Positions 1 to 8,300 of a stretch of 20,000 bases of DNA are shown piece by piece. The stretch comes from an uncultured virus (IMG/VR IMGVR_UViG_3300031087_000457) (Duplodnaviria > Heunggongvirae > Uroviricota > Caudoviricetes). Where the stretch lies: IMG/VR virus record IMGVR_UViG_3300031087_000457; one strand, written 5' to 3'. A program made the translations under genes and the position numbers. The notes beneath the pieces were generated by a model, which saw only the letters and a program-made list of their open reading frames with translations, was not told the DNA's origin and did not search any database. The number at the start of each line of letters is the position of its first letter. The stretch's first letter is position 1.

Positions 1-1
1 C

Positions 2-622
2 AACAGCCTGCGGAAGAAGCTCTACGAGCAGCAGGTGAGCTACCAGGATGGTCGAGTGGCTCTGGGAGAGCTCAAGTCGGAGGCTCGCATCCTTTCGAGC
101 AGCATCACCCACCTCACTGAGAAGAAGGAGAGCGCCGAGAAGGAGATCGAGCGCCATAAGGATCTCCTCAAGTCGGTGGAGGTCGCAACTGCTACGCTCC
201 AGACGCTCATCGAGTTCCGGGCTGATCGAGTCAAGACCGCTCTACCCACCATCGAGAGCTATGCCTCAGAGCTCCTCTCTCGCTTCACGGATGGAAAGTT
301 CGTCGCGCTGAACCTCGATGAGAAGTTCAACGCATCCGTGGTGCTGTCGAGTGGAGCCAAGAGGCCAGTTGCGCTCCTTTCGGGTGGAGAGCTTTCGGCT
401 GCTGCCATCGCGCTGCGGCTCTCTGTGAGCATGATGCTCAATGCCTCAGACAGTAGCAACCTCATCATCCTCGACGAGGTTCTCGTTTCCCAGGACGCTG
501 ATCGCTCCGAGCTCATCCTGTCCACCATCAAGGATGTCTGTAGGGGGCAGGTGGTGATGATTTCCCACGGTTCCGGTGTATCCGCCGTTGCGGACAAGAA
601 AGTCGACCTGGCTGGCAGCTGA
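2..622 (+). CDS. SbcC/Rad50 (SMC-like) ABC ATPase, C-terminal part; 5' end lies outside the window
   Basis: The frame is open from position 2 (NSLRKKLYEQQVSYQDG...). A coiled-coil is followed by the ABC signature LSGGE, Walker B LIILDE, D-loop-like VLVSQD and H-loop ISH. Confidence 0.88.
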   Translation, partial: NSLRKKLYEQQVSYQDGRVALGELKSEARILSSSITHLTEKKESAEKEIERHKDLLKSVEVATATLQTLIEFRADRVKTALPTIESYASELLSRFTDGKFVALNLDEKFNASVVLSSGAKRPVALLSGGELSAAAIALRLSVSMMLNASDSSNLIILDEVLVSQDADRSELILSTIKDVCRGQVVMISHGSGVSAVADKKVDLAGS

Positions 623-624
623 GT

Positions 625-631
625 CGATATG
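625..631 (+). promoter_or_regulatory. CGATATG motif, candidate element-specific -10 box
   Basis: GATAT ends 36 nt before the ATG at 667; recurs in other intergenic gaps. Confidence 0.5.
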
Positions 632-666
632 GCCGCCATAATGGTCGGCCAATGGAAGAGGATTAG

Positions 667-1884
667 ATGCTGAACTTCGTCAACGACCCATTTTGGAACA
701 GCTGCCTGCAATCGCTCGCAAGGCCTGGAGCCTCGGAGTTCGTTGCCAACGGCCCCGACAGCTTCTTCGTGACCTATCAGGGAAAGAAGGAGCGCATTCC
801 AGCTCCAGCTGGCATGAACCTGCGAAGCTACTCAGAGACCCTGGAGAAGAACATCGTTCCTCTCGTAGCCTCGCGAATGAACTTCGATCCCGATGGCTAC
901 ATCTTCGAGGGCCATTACAAGGCCGATGCTGGAGGGGGAAACTCCTTCGAGGGAAGATGCCACATCGCACTCTCGCCCATCGCGGAAATCCCCTACATCA
1001 CCATGACCAAGATCGCCTCAACTTCGAGCACCATCGAGAGCATCGCGGAGTCGGGCTCCATGAGCACTGAGATGATGCAGTTCCTGATCATGGCGGTCCG
1101 CGCAAAGCTCACCATCGTCCTCTCTGGGCAGTCGGGCGCTGGAAAGACCACCACCCTGCAGGCACTGTCGAAGTACTTCAATGAGCAGGATCGCATCGGC
1201 GTGGCTGAGGACATCCCCGAGCTCTCCTTCCCCCAGTCCAATGTGACCTACCTGCACACGCTTCCCCCTCGCCCCGGGCTTGACCCGAACCTTGTGGCGG
1301 ACCTTTCCTTCATCGTTAAGCAGTGGCTTCGAATGCGTCCGGACCGTGGAATCATCGGTGAGTCTCGAGGAAAGGAGTTCGCCGACTTCCTCGTGGCAGC
1401 CAACGCTGGTATGAGAGGATCGCTGACCACCATCCACGCCAGCGATCCATCGGGCGCCCTGGACAAGATGACTCGCTTTGCCCTGGCAGGGTCCGAGAGG
1501 CAGCCCATCCGGTCCATCAACAAGGAGATCGGCTCAGCGGTGGATCTCGTCGTTCAGCTCGCACGCATCGACGGCAAGCACCGGGTGACCCACATCGAGG
1601 AAGTCACGAGCACCGTGAGCAACACCGAAGATGCTCGACTCTCCTCGGAGACGCTCTACGAGTACATGCCTGAGACCGACAACTGGAGGAAGTCTGGAGT
1701 CCTCTCGGACAGACTTCGCAAGGAGCTCACTTCCGCTGGCATCGACATCAAGCCCTTCACTTCAGGCGCCGTTGGAACGATGCTTCCGAAGCACAATCCC
1801 GCCAGGGCTAACCCCAACAGCAACAACGGCGGAGGTTTCTCAGGAGAAAATCCTTTCAGAAGCGGACCAGGAAGGTCTATCTGA
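667..1884 (+). CDS. CpaF/TadA/VirB11-family secretion ATPase
   Basis: Walker A GQSGAGKTT, Asp box AEDIPEL, LRMRPDRGIIGESRG (Walker B region), His box TTIHA and C-terminal VDLVVQLAR..G.HRVTHIEEV. RBS GAGGA precedes the ATG. Confidence 0.92.
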   Translation: MLNFVNDPFWNSCLQSLARPGASEFVANGPDSFFVTYQGKKERIPAPAGMNLRSYSETLEKNIVPLVASRMNFDPDGYIFEGHYKADAGGGNSFEGRCHIALSPIAEIPYITMTKIASTSSTIESIAESGSMSTEMMQFLIMAVRAKLTIVLSGQSGAGKTTTLQALSKYFNEQDRIGVAEDIPELSFPQSNVTYLHTLPPRPGLDPNLVADLSFIVKQWLRMRPDRGIIGESRGKEFADFLVAANAGMRGSLTTIHASDPSGALDKMTRFALAGSERQPIRSINKEIGSAVDLVVQLARIDGKHRVTHIEEVTSTVSNTEDARLSSETLYEYMPETDNWRKSGVLSDRLRKELTSAGIDIKPFTSGAVGTMLPKHNPARANPNSNNGGGFSGENPFRSGPGRSI

Positions 1885-1887
1885 CCC

Positions 1888-2946
1888 ATGTCCGAAAAGA
1901 GAGTGACCGTAGACGCGCTGAGGCTCTATGTGCCCATGTTCCAGCGCGGAGAGGCAGCTGAAGCTCGCTTCAAGGCCGAAGAGGGTAGCCTACCAGATGA
2001 CCTTGCTGATCGTGCAAGGCTCCTGTCCGAGCGACCAATGAAGAAGCTCGCCTACGATGAGCTCACTGAGCTCACCTACCCTCTCATGCGCAGAGAGATT
2101 CAGTCGGTGATCCGCAACAGCCATCTGAAGCGCGAAGAGGATGAGATCTTCTCTGTGATCTACTATGCTGGACTTGGAGGCATGGAGCGAGGGCTGCGCA
2201 AGTTCGAGGTCTCCAAGATCGAGGAGTCTGCCACCAACTACCTCTTCCAGTGGATCATGGTCTACGCCAAGAAGGAGCTCCTGAAGCTAGAGGCTCCCAT
2301 GGGTGTTCCACCGACTCGCTTCCAGAAGCACAAGAAGATCGCAGCTGTCCGCAAGAAGCTCTCTGAGATCCTGGATCGACCTGCCACCAACGAGGAGATC
2401 CTCGAGTACTTCCACACCGGACGGGCTGAGTTCAAGAGCTACAACGGTCCGAAGATCAAGACGGCCGGAGTCTCCGAGGCCAATAAGAAGATCACCATGG
2501 AGCTCATCGAGGAACAGGAGGAGATCGAGAAGAACCTGAGCTTCGCCCAGATCTTCGATTCCTCCGAGGACTACAGGTCCGAAAGGCTGCTCTCAGCCTC
2601 CGACAGGACTCCCTTCTCCGAGACCCTCATGGGTACCTTCGTTTCGAGCATGCGCTTCGACCCCGAGGCCGTCGCCGTGCTCAAGTCCGAACTTCAGCAA
2701 GAGACATCAGAGGCCGAAGATCAGCTCCTTCGAGGAATCTCAGCCACGAAGCACCAGAGCACCATGCGCGTCTGGAGAGAGTATCTCGCTGACCCTCGAG
2801 GAGACTTCAGGACCTTCCTCCAGGGTGAAACTCACAGTGGATTTAGTGACCATGACATCGAAGCAATGCTGAAGTCCTTCGGAGCTGCTCCCAAGAGCAA
2901 GCGCTCCGTTCAGCCAGCTCGCTACAGCGTGCTCTTCGGGAACTAG
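1888..2946 (+). CDS. Divergent sigma-70-family RNA polymerase sigma factor-like protein
   Basis: AGLGGMERGLRKFEVSKIEESATNYLFQWIMVYAKKEL resembles region 2 (EGNIGLIRAVEKFD...FSTYATWWIRQAI). MGVPPTRFQKHKKIAAVRKKLSEILDRPATNEEI resembles region 3 (IRIP...KL.R....L.QELGREPT.EEL). No recognisable region 4 HTH. Confidence 0.72.
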   Translation: MSEKRVTVDALRLYVPMFQRGEAAEARFKAEEGSLPDDLADRARLLSERPMKKLAYDELTELTYPLMRREIQSVIRNSHLKREEDEIFSVIYYAGLGGMERGLRKFEVSKIEESATNYLFQWIMVYAKKELLKLEAPMGVPPTRFQKHKKIAAVRKKLSEILDRPATNEEILEYFHTGRAEFKSYNGPKIKTAGVSEANKKITMELIEEQEEIEKNLSFAQIFDSSEDYRSERLLSASDRTPFSETLMGTFVSSMRFDPEAVAVLKSELQQETSEAEDQLLRGISATKHQSTMRVWREYLADPRGDFRTFLQGETHSGFSDHDIEAMLKSFGAAPKSKRSVQPARYSVLFGN

Positions 2947-2955
2947 GAGAAGAAA

Positions 2956-3234
2956 TTGGACAACCAGACCACGGTGTTTCTCGCACTCATGGCGCTCATG
3001 CTCCTGGGTGTGATCTATGTGATCTACCGCTTCGTTCAGAGTGTGAAGGCCAAGCGTGCCTACGACAGCGAAGAGCTTCCCGATCTCTATGAGGCCTCCA
3101 TCGAAGATGAGGTGCTTCCAGACATCGAGGAATCTGGCTTCTCCGCCCTGGAGGATGACTTCAGCTCCCGGGAAGAGTCAGCTTCAGATATCTACCGAGA
3201 GATCTCGGAAGCCAACGATAGGAACGGTAGATAG
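2956..3234 (+). CDS. Small single-pass membrane protein with acidic tail, unknown function
   Basis: TTG start after AGGAG RBS. N-terminal hydrophobic helix VFLALMALMLLGVIYVIY, then basic residues and a D/E-rich tail. Confidence 0.75.
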   Translation: MDNQTTVFLALMALMLLGVIYVIYRFVQSVKAKRAYDSEELPDLYEASIEDEVLPDIEESGFSALEDDFSSREESASDIYREISEANDRNGR

Positions 3235-3256
3235 GCCTGTAGCAGGCACTTCTCTG

Positions 3257-3263
3257 TGATATT
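3257..3263 (+). promoter_or_regulatory. TGATATT motif, candidate element-specific -10 box
   Basis: GATAT ends 69 nt before the HU ATG. Confidence 0.4.
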
Positions 3264-3331
3264 GGTTCACGGATCGCAACGATCATCAGGCCCACTTCGG
3301 GCGCAACCGGAAAGAAAGAAGAGGTAACCCT

Positions 3332-3622
3332 ATGGCTGATCTACTCAAGAAGGAAGAGCTCGTAGCCGCTGTCGCGGAGGAGACCAACCTCACGAAGGCC
3401 GATGTGACTCGAGTTCTCGCATCGCTTCAGGAGAACATCACCAAGGCAGTTGTCGATGGCAAGCAGGTGAAGCTCCCCGGCTTCCTCGCCTTCGAGTCCC
3501 GCACCAACGCAGCTCGCACCATGAGGAACCCCTCCACCGGCGAGCCCATCCAGGTCGCCGAGAAGAAGGTCGTCAAGGTTCGGCCTCTCACTGCCTTCGC
3601 AGACACGGTCAAGAACAGCTGA
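3332..3622 (+). CDS. hup: HU family histone-like DNA-binding protein
   Basis: KKEELVAAVAEETNLTKADV...VKLPGFLAFE...AARTMRNPSTGEPIQVAEKKVVKVRP has the HU/IHF signature, including the intercalating RNP motif. GAGG RBS; followed by a terminator. Confidence 0.95.
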   Translation: MADLLKKEELVAAVAEETNLTKADVTRVLASLQENITKAVVDGKQVKLPGFLAFESRTNAARTMRNPSTGEPIQVAEKKVVKVRPLTAFADTVKNS

Positions 3623-3639
3623 TCTTCCTGAAGATCTTG

Positions 3640-3677
3640 GCGGGGCGGGTGCATTGCATCCGCCCCGCTTCCTTTTT
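3640..3677 (+). terminator. Rho-independent terminator after HU
   Basis: GCGGGGCGGGTGC-att-GCATCCGCCCCGC 13-bp stem (one G.U) followed by TTCCTTTTT. Confidence 0.85.
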
Positions 3678-3742
3678 GCCGCGAGGGGATCAACATTTCG
3701 GTACTGTAGCCCGGAAACACTCACCCAGAAAAAGGAGAGCCC

Positions 3743-4216
3743 ATGAGCACGATGGCTTCTAGAATCGCCTTCCATGTGAAGCTCGCTGAGAACTACATGG
3801 AGCTCATCGATGAGGCCATCGAGGACGAGCTCAGTATCGCACAGCGCAAGTGGGGCGTGGACCTCAGCGACGAGACCATCGAGTCAGTGAAGCGCCACAG
3901 CCTCAACCAGCTCTCCATGAAGGTTGATCTCAGCCTGAAAACATCCTGGAACTTCCAGCCCGTCGTGAGCGTCAAGATCAAGGGGCTCTCCAAGAACAGC
4001 GGAAGCGGCCTCCTCAAGGACCTCAATCTCCCCGAGGAGCTCAGCAGCGTTCCCGACATCGCCCTGGTGCTCAGCAAGGCCGACGGCTTTGAGGTTGAGT
4101 CCGAGCCTTCGGATGGCACCGTCCTCCCCTCGGAGCTCGGAGACTACATTCTGAAGAAGATCCTGACCTGGGCTCGCACCGGCATCTTCTACGGCGTCGG
4201 ATCCTACAAGAGCTGA
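3743..4216 (+). CDS. Hypothetical protein (157 aa)
   Basis: Strong RBS AAAGGAG and codon usage matching the neighbours; no motif recognised. Confidence 0.8.
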   Translation: MSTMASRIAFHVKLAENYMELIDEAIEDELSIAQRKWGVDLSDETIESVKRHSLNQLSMKVDLSLKTSWNFQPVVSVKIKGLSKNSGSGLLKDLNLPEELSSVPDIALVLSKADGFEVESEPSDGTVLPSELGDYILKKILTWARTGIFYGVGSYKS

Positions 4217-4218
4217 TC

Positions 4219-4629
4219 GTGAAGGAATCCCACGCCCGGCCGGGCTACAAGCGCAGGCACAGGTCCCTGGTGGACGATGTGGCTGCCCACGCCAACATCC
4301 GCAGGGATGTGGTCGAAGATGTGCTCAACGGCTTCTACGACATCATGGCGGAGAGACTTCTCAACGAGCGAGAGTTCCTCCTCAAGGACCTGATCTCGAT
4401 CCACGCTGTGCGAACGAAGAACGGGATCCGGCCTGAGCCGCATCTTCAGTTTCGAGCAAAGGTCTCTCAGGGCCTCCGGAAGCTCCTGCAGCGCACCGAG
4501 GAGGATCCGGCCCTTGAGGTAACTCGAGAGAGCTGGCGGGATCAGATCCGAGCACTCAGGGGGAGCTCCAGGAGCGGTTCAAAGCCCATGGAGCTCAGCG
4601 ACTTCCTCAGGGATGATGACGAGGATTAG
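4219..4629 (+). CDS. Divergent HU/IHF-like DNA-binding protein
   Basis: RSLVDDVAAHANIRRDVVEDVLNGFYDIMAERLLNEREFLLKDLISIH...FRAKVSQGLRKLL follows the HU helix1-helix2-beta-helix3 pattern with a shortened arm and a C-terminal extension. GTG start 2 nt after the upstream stop. Confidence 0.6.
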   Translation: MKESHARPGYKRRHRSLVDDVAAHANIRRDVVEDVLNGFYDIMAERLLNEREFLLKDLISIHAVRTKNGIRPEPHLQFRAKVSQGLRKLLQRTEEDPALEVTRESWRDQIRALRGSSRSGSKPMELSDFLRDDDED

Positions 4630-4632
4630 ACC

Positions 4633-4662
4633 TTGACAGGCGATATGAACACCTATTAAGTT
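4633..4662 (+). promoter_or_regulatory. Possible housekeeping-sigma promoter for the GNAT gene
   Basis: TTGACA (4633-4638), 18-nt spacer, TAAGTT (4657-4662, TAnnnT), 24 nt before the ATG at 4687. Confidence 0.45.
4641..4647 (+). promoter_or_regulatory. CGATATG motif, candidate element-specific -10 box
   Basis: GATAT ends 40 nt before the ATG at 4687. Confidence 0.5.
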
Positions 4663-4686
4663 CCGCCGCCCGAGAGGTCAAGAGCA

Positions 4687-5214
4687 ATGCTCACCTACGC
4701 ATCAATGCCCCAGGATACGAAGCGCATCGCCAGCGCGAATCTCGGTCGAGGCGTTCTACGGTCGGTGTTTTCAGGTGGCCACGAGTACCACCTCATGCTG
4801 AAGCTCGAGGACGGTGAGATCATTGGCTTCGCTATCTACCACTTCGAGGAGTACAGCGCCGGCGGCAGGGATGGCATCCTTGGAGTGCTGGACTGCGTTG
4901 TGGTGGACGAAGCTCAGAGACGCATGGGCTATGGCTCAGAGATGACCTTCGCAGTCTTCAAGAAGATGTCTGCCTATGGCGTGGATCGGGTCGAAATCCT
5001 GATCAAGGAGCCCGGCTACCTCGACCGGGACGGAGAGCCTGGAGTTCCCCTCGCGAGTCCCAGCTCGATCTTCGATCTCCTAGGCTTCAAGGAGGTCAAG
5101 ACCTTCCATGGGTACTATAGAACGGCCTCGGAGAGACTCGGCTACGAGTGCAAGTTCTGCGGGAATATGCCGGACAGCTGCAGGGCTGTTCTCTACGCGA
5201 AGGAATCTCTCTAG
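4687..5214 (+). CDS. GNAT-family N-acetyltransferase with C-terminal Cys cluster
   Basis: Acetyl-CoA binding motif A VVDEAQRRMGYGSEM, N-terminal GEIIGF strand, motif B FDLLGFKEV and C-terminal CKFCGNMPDSC. Confidence 0.85.
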   Translation: MLTYASMPQDTKRIASANLGRGVLRSVFSGGHEYHLMLKLEDGEIIGFAIYHFEEYSAGGRDGILGVLDCVVVDEAQRRMGYGSEMTFAVFKKMSAYGVDRVEILIKEPGYLDRDGEPGVPLASPSSIFDLLGFKEVKTFHGYYRTASERLGYECKFCGNMPDSCRAVLYAKESL

Positions 5215-5260
5215 GTCCGAGAGAAATCGCAGTCTGAGCGCATAGAAATTTCGCGGGCCA

Positions 5261-5267
5261 CGATATG
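5261..5267 (+). promoter_or_regulatory. CGATATG motif, candidate element-specific -10 box
   Basis: GATAT ends 38 nt before the ATG at 5305. Confidence 0.5.
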
Positions 5268-5304
5268 AGACCCATCGGCACTTTGACAGCGGAGAGTTTA
5301 GACC

Positions 5305-8300
5305 ATGGCACTTGGAAGGCAGCAGGGGGGATCCTTCTACCTGGATTCCACCGACCTTCAGCCTCAGGGCCGTCGGACACCTAGATTCCGTAGACTTCGG
5401 GAGCTCTCTCCCGCAAAGCTCTTCCTTCAGTTCACCGTGACTCTGGTGGGACTTCTCGTCATCGCCTCCGGACTTCAGCTCACCGTGCTCGCCGATGTGA
5501 TCCGCAGTGCCAGCGCAGCTGAGAAGCCCCAGGTGGGAAACAGTGGCGAAGACGACGGATCGGCCGAGGCCAACAAGAAGCTCAAGCAGGCCATGGAGGA
5601 CTCGGGCTTCGATCCCGATTCCCAGTCGGACTTCGAGAAGTGGGGCTCACAGGTTCGAGCTCCCAAGGATCGGAACAGCTTCGACTACCTCTTCTACAGG
5701 CTCTTCGTTCCTCAGTACATCAACAGCACTCCCAACGCTGTGAGCACAACCAACAGTGGAAGGACCTCCGGCTGCGCCGCGCCCCAGAATGGCAAGGGCA
5801 CCATCGTCTACCACAACTGCGATGTGCCCAACATCTCAGGTGAGATCGTCCAGGACATCGTTCGGTTCATCGTTCCCTCCGGAGCCTACAACGCGACACA
5901 GGAATCGGCCAAGGCAACCTTCGGCCTCCCCAGTGGCATCCTTCCCGGCAACGGTCAGGTACCCGTGAGCGAGGGTGCTCGGAGCTACAAGTACACCGGC
6001 CTCGAGCTCTACGGCTACAATCTCAAGTACAGCGCCTACCTCGGTGAGTGGGACTACATCAAGGTCTTCACCAAGGCTCGCGCCATGAGCAACTTCGGCG
6101 TCTTCGACAATCTGAAGCTCGGTGGTAAGGCCGTCATCGACGGTGCTGTGGGTGCTGTGGGCAACAGCGTCGAGGGCTGGAACAGCGGTTTTGACTCCGG
6201 TGGTCTCGCTGGAGCAATCGGAGGCTTCTTCAGCGGGTTCTTCGAGGGCGGCGCTACCGCCAGCGTCAACACCATCATGGACACATCTGATCTCAATGTG
6301 TTCGAGCAGCAGGCCTGGTATCGACCGGACTTCGGGGCCACTACCTACGGCGCTCGATCCATGAACTCAGCGGAGCTATCGGCGGAGTCCCTTCGCTGGA
6401 TGAACTCCATGATGAACTACTACCAGCCCAACAAGGGCGTCATCCCTGAGGACTTCCCCAGCAAGACTCCACCGGCAAAGCCTCTAGAGGCGATCTCCAG
6501 CTGTGCGGTGATCTCCAATGCCTCTGGAGCCATGAAGGCCTGGGGACAGAAGAGCACCGCTCCAGGGGTCACAGAGGCAGAATGTAGGGCCGAAGGCGAC
6601 AGGCTCAAGGCATCTATCCAGTCTGACCTCAACGACGCTGCTACGGGCGGAGAGGAACCACAGCAGCTCACGGGCGCATCCTACAAGTGGGATGCCGAGG
6701 GCACGCAGGCTCAGGAGTCCATCGCTTCCTGGAGTCAGAAGAACAGTGGCTTCATCTCCTCCATGAGCAAGTATGGCTGGAGCTGCTCGCTTCCCAGCGA
6801 GGGTAGCCTTCAGGGTCGCGCTCCAGGCATCGACGCCTGGTACAGCTGCTTCAGCTCAAGCTACGACGCCAACTACACCAAGACCCTCAACGAGGAGAAG
6901 GTCAAGGAGAACAACAAGTACACCGACAGCATCTTCGGAAAGTTCTCCGGGCTCTTCGCTGGATTCTATGCGGCGCTCCACCAGGACGGCAATTTCAACG
7001 CTGCCTACAACCGCTTCGTCTGCCAGGACACTCGCACCGGCAAGGACATCATGGACGGAGCCCGCAACGCGAGGGTCTACAACAGCGACGGAACGCTTAC
7101 GGGCAAGTGTGGAGCCATTCGAGCTCCCATCCAGGACGGACTCTACGGCAACGGCTACACCGCTGGCCAGAACAGCGCTGCCCAGGATACTCGCCGGGCG
7201 GCATTCAGCCCCCTGGAGAGCCTGGCCACTGCCCTGGGCAACACTGCAGCCAACATGTCTCTGAAGGTCTCGGTTGTCGTCACTCAGCTTTCGAACACCG
7301 TGCTCGGCCTCGCCTTCACTCCGGTGCTCGACGCTCTGGGCATCCGAGATGTGGTGACGAGCCTCGTGACGAGCTTCCGGGACAGCATGTTCATGCCCCT
7401 GGCCGTGCTCATCATCGCCCTGGGAGCGGTGAGCATCCTTATCCGAGCCATCCGTAGCGGAGCCTACGCATCCGCCTTCGGTTCTTTCCTCTACATCGTG
7501 GCCGCCTTCCTCCTCGGCGTCATCATCCTCGCTAAGCCCGCAGCAACCCTGAAGGCCATCGACGAGGCTCCGGTGCTCATCGAGAACACCGTGCTCACGG
7601 CCATGTTCAGCTCCAGTGGCTCTGCCGACGAGCTCTGCACCGCCACTGGCAGCTCTAGCGGTGTGGGCACTGGTGGTAAGCAGATCGACAACACGAGAGG
7701 CTTCGATCCCAACGCTAGCACCCGCATGCTCATGTGCGAGAACTGGAGATCCTTCGTCTTCACGCCCTGGGTCTTCGGTCAGTGGGGTACCGGCTACGAG
7801 AACCTCTACGCCAAGGGCTATGCTCCAGAGGGGGCCAAGGAGCTCACCAACACCAACGGGAAGCTCGTGGGCAATGCCGGAGTGAACTTCGGTGGCGGCA
7901 ATGTGATCCACAACTGGGCTACCTACCAGCTCGCCACAACCTCAGTGGGCACCTCCACCACCGCAGACCCCTCGAGGCCCACCGGTGTGGTCAACAAGAA
8001 CTTCTACCGCATCGTGGATGCTCAGATGGGACCCAACGGGGGCAAGGGCACAGATGCTACCTACGCCCAGAGCTGGTCCAAGTTCAGTGGCGACACGGCA
8101 GCTGCCACCATCTTCGGTCCAGTTGCTGCAGTCATGGGTGCTGTGGTGGTCATCGGCTACACCCTGGCGAAGCTCGAGCTGGTCTTCGTGACGATCTTCC
8201 TTCTGGTCATCCTTCCGATCATGCTCCTCATCGGAATCCACCCCACCTTCGGAAGACAGAAGCTCAAGGCCTACGCTGGCACCCTAGTCGGCCTGATGAT

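Noticed and set aside
3236..3310. Small hairpins before HU (GCCTG/CAGGC, GATCG/CGATC, GCCC/GGGC)
   Set aside because: The 4-5 bp stems are expected by chance and match no riboswitch or ncRNA I recognise.
5283..5288. TTGACA upstream of the 1420-aa gene
   Set aside because: No -10 hexamer at 16-19 nt spacing; it would fall inside the start of the CDS.
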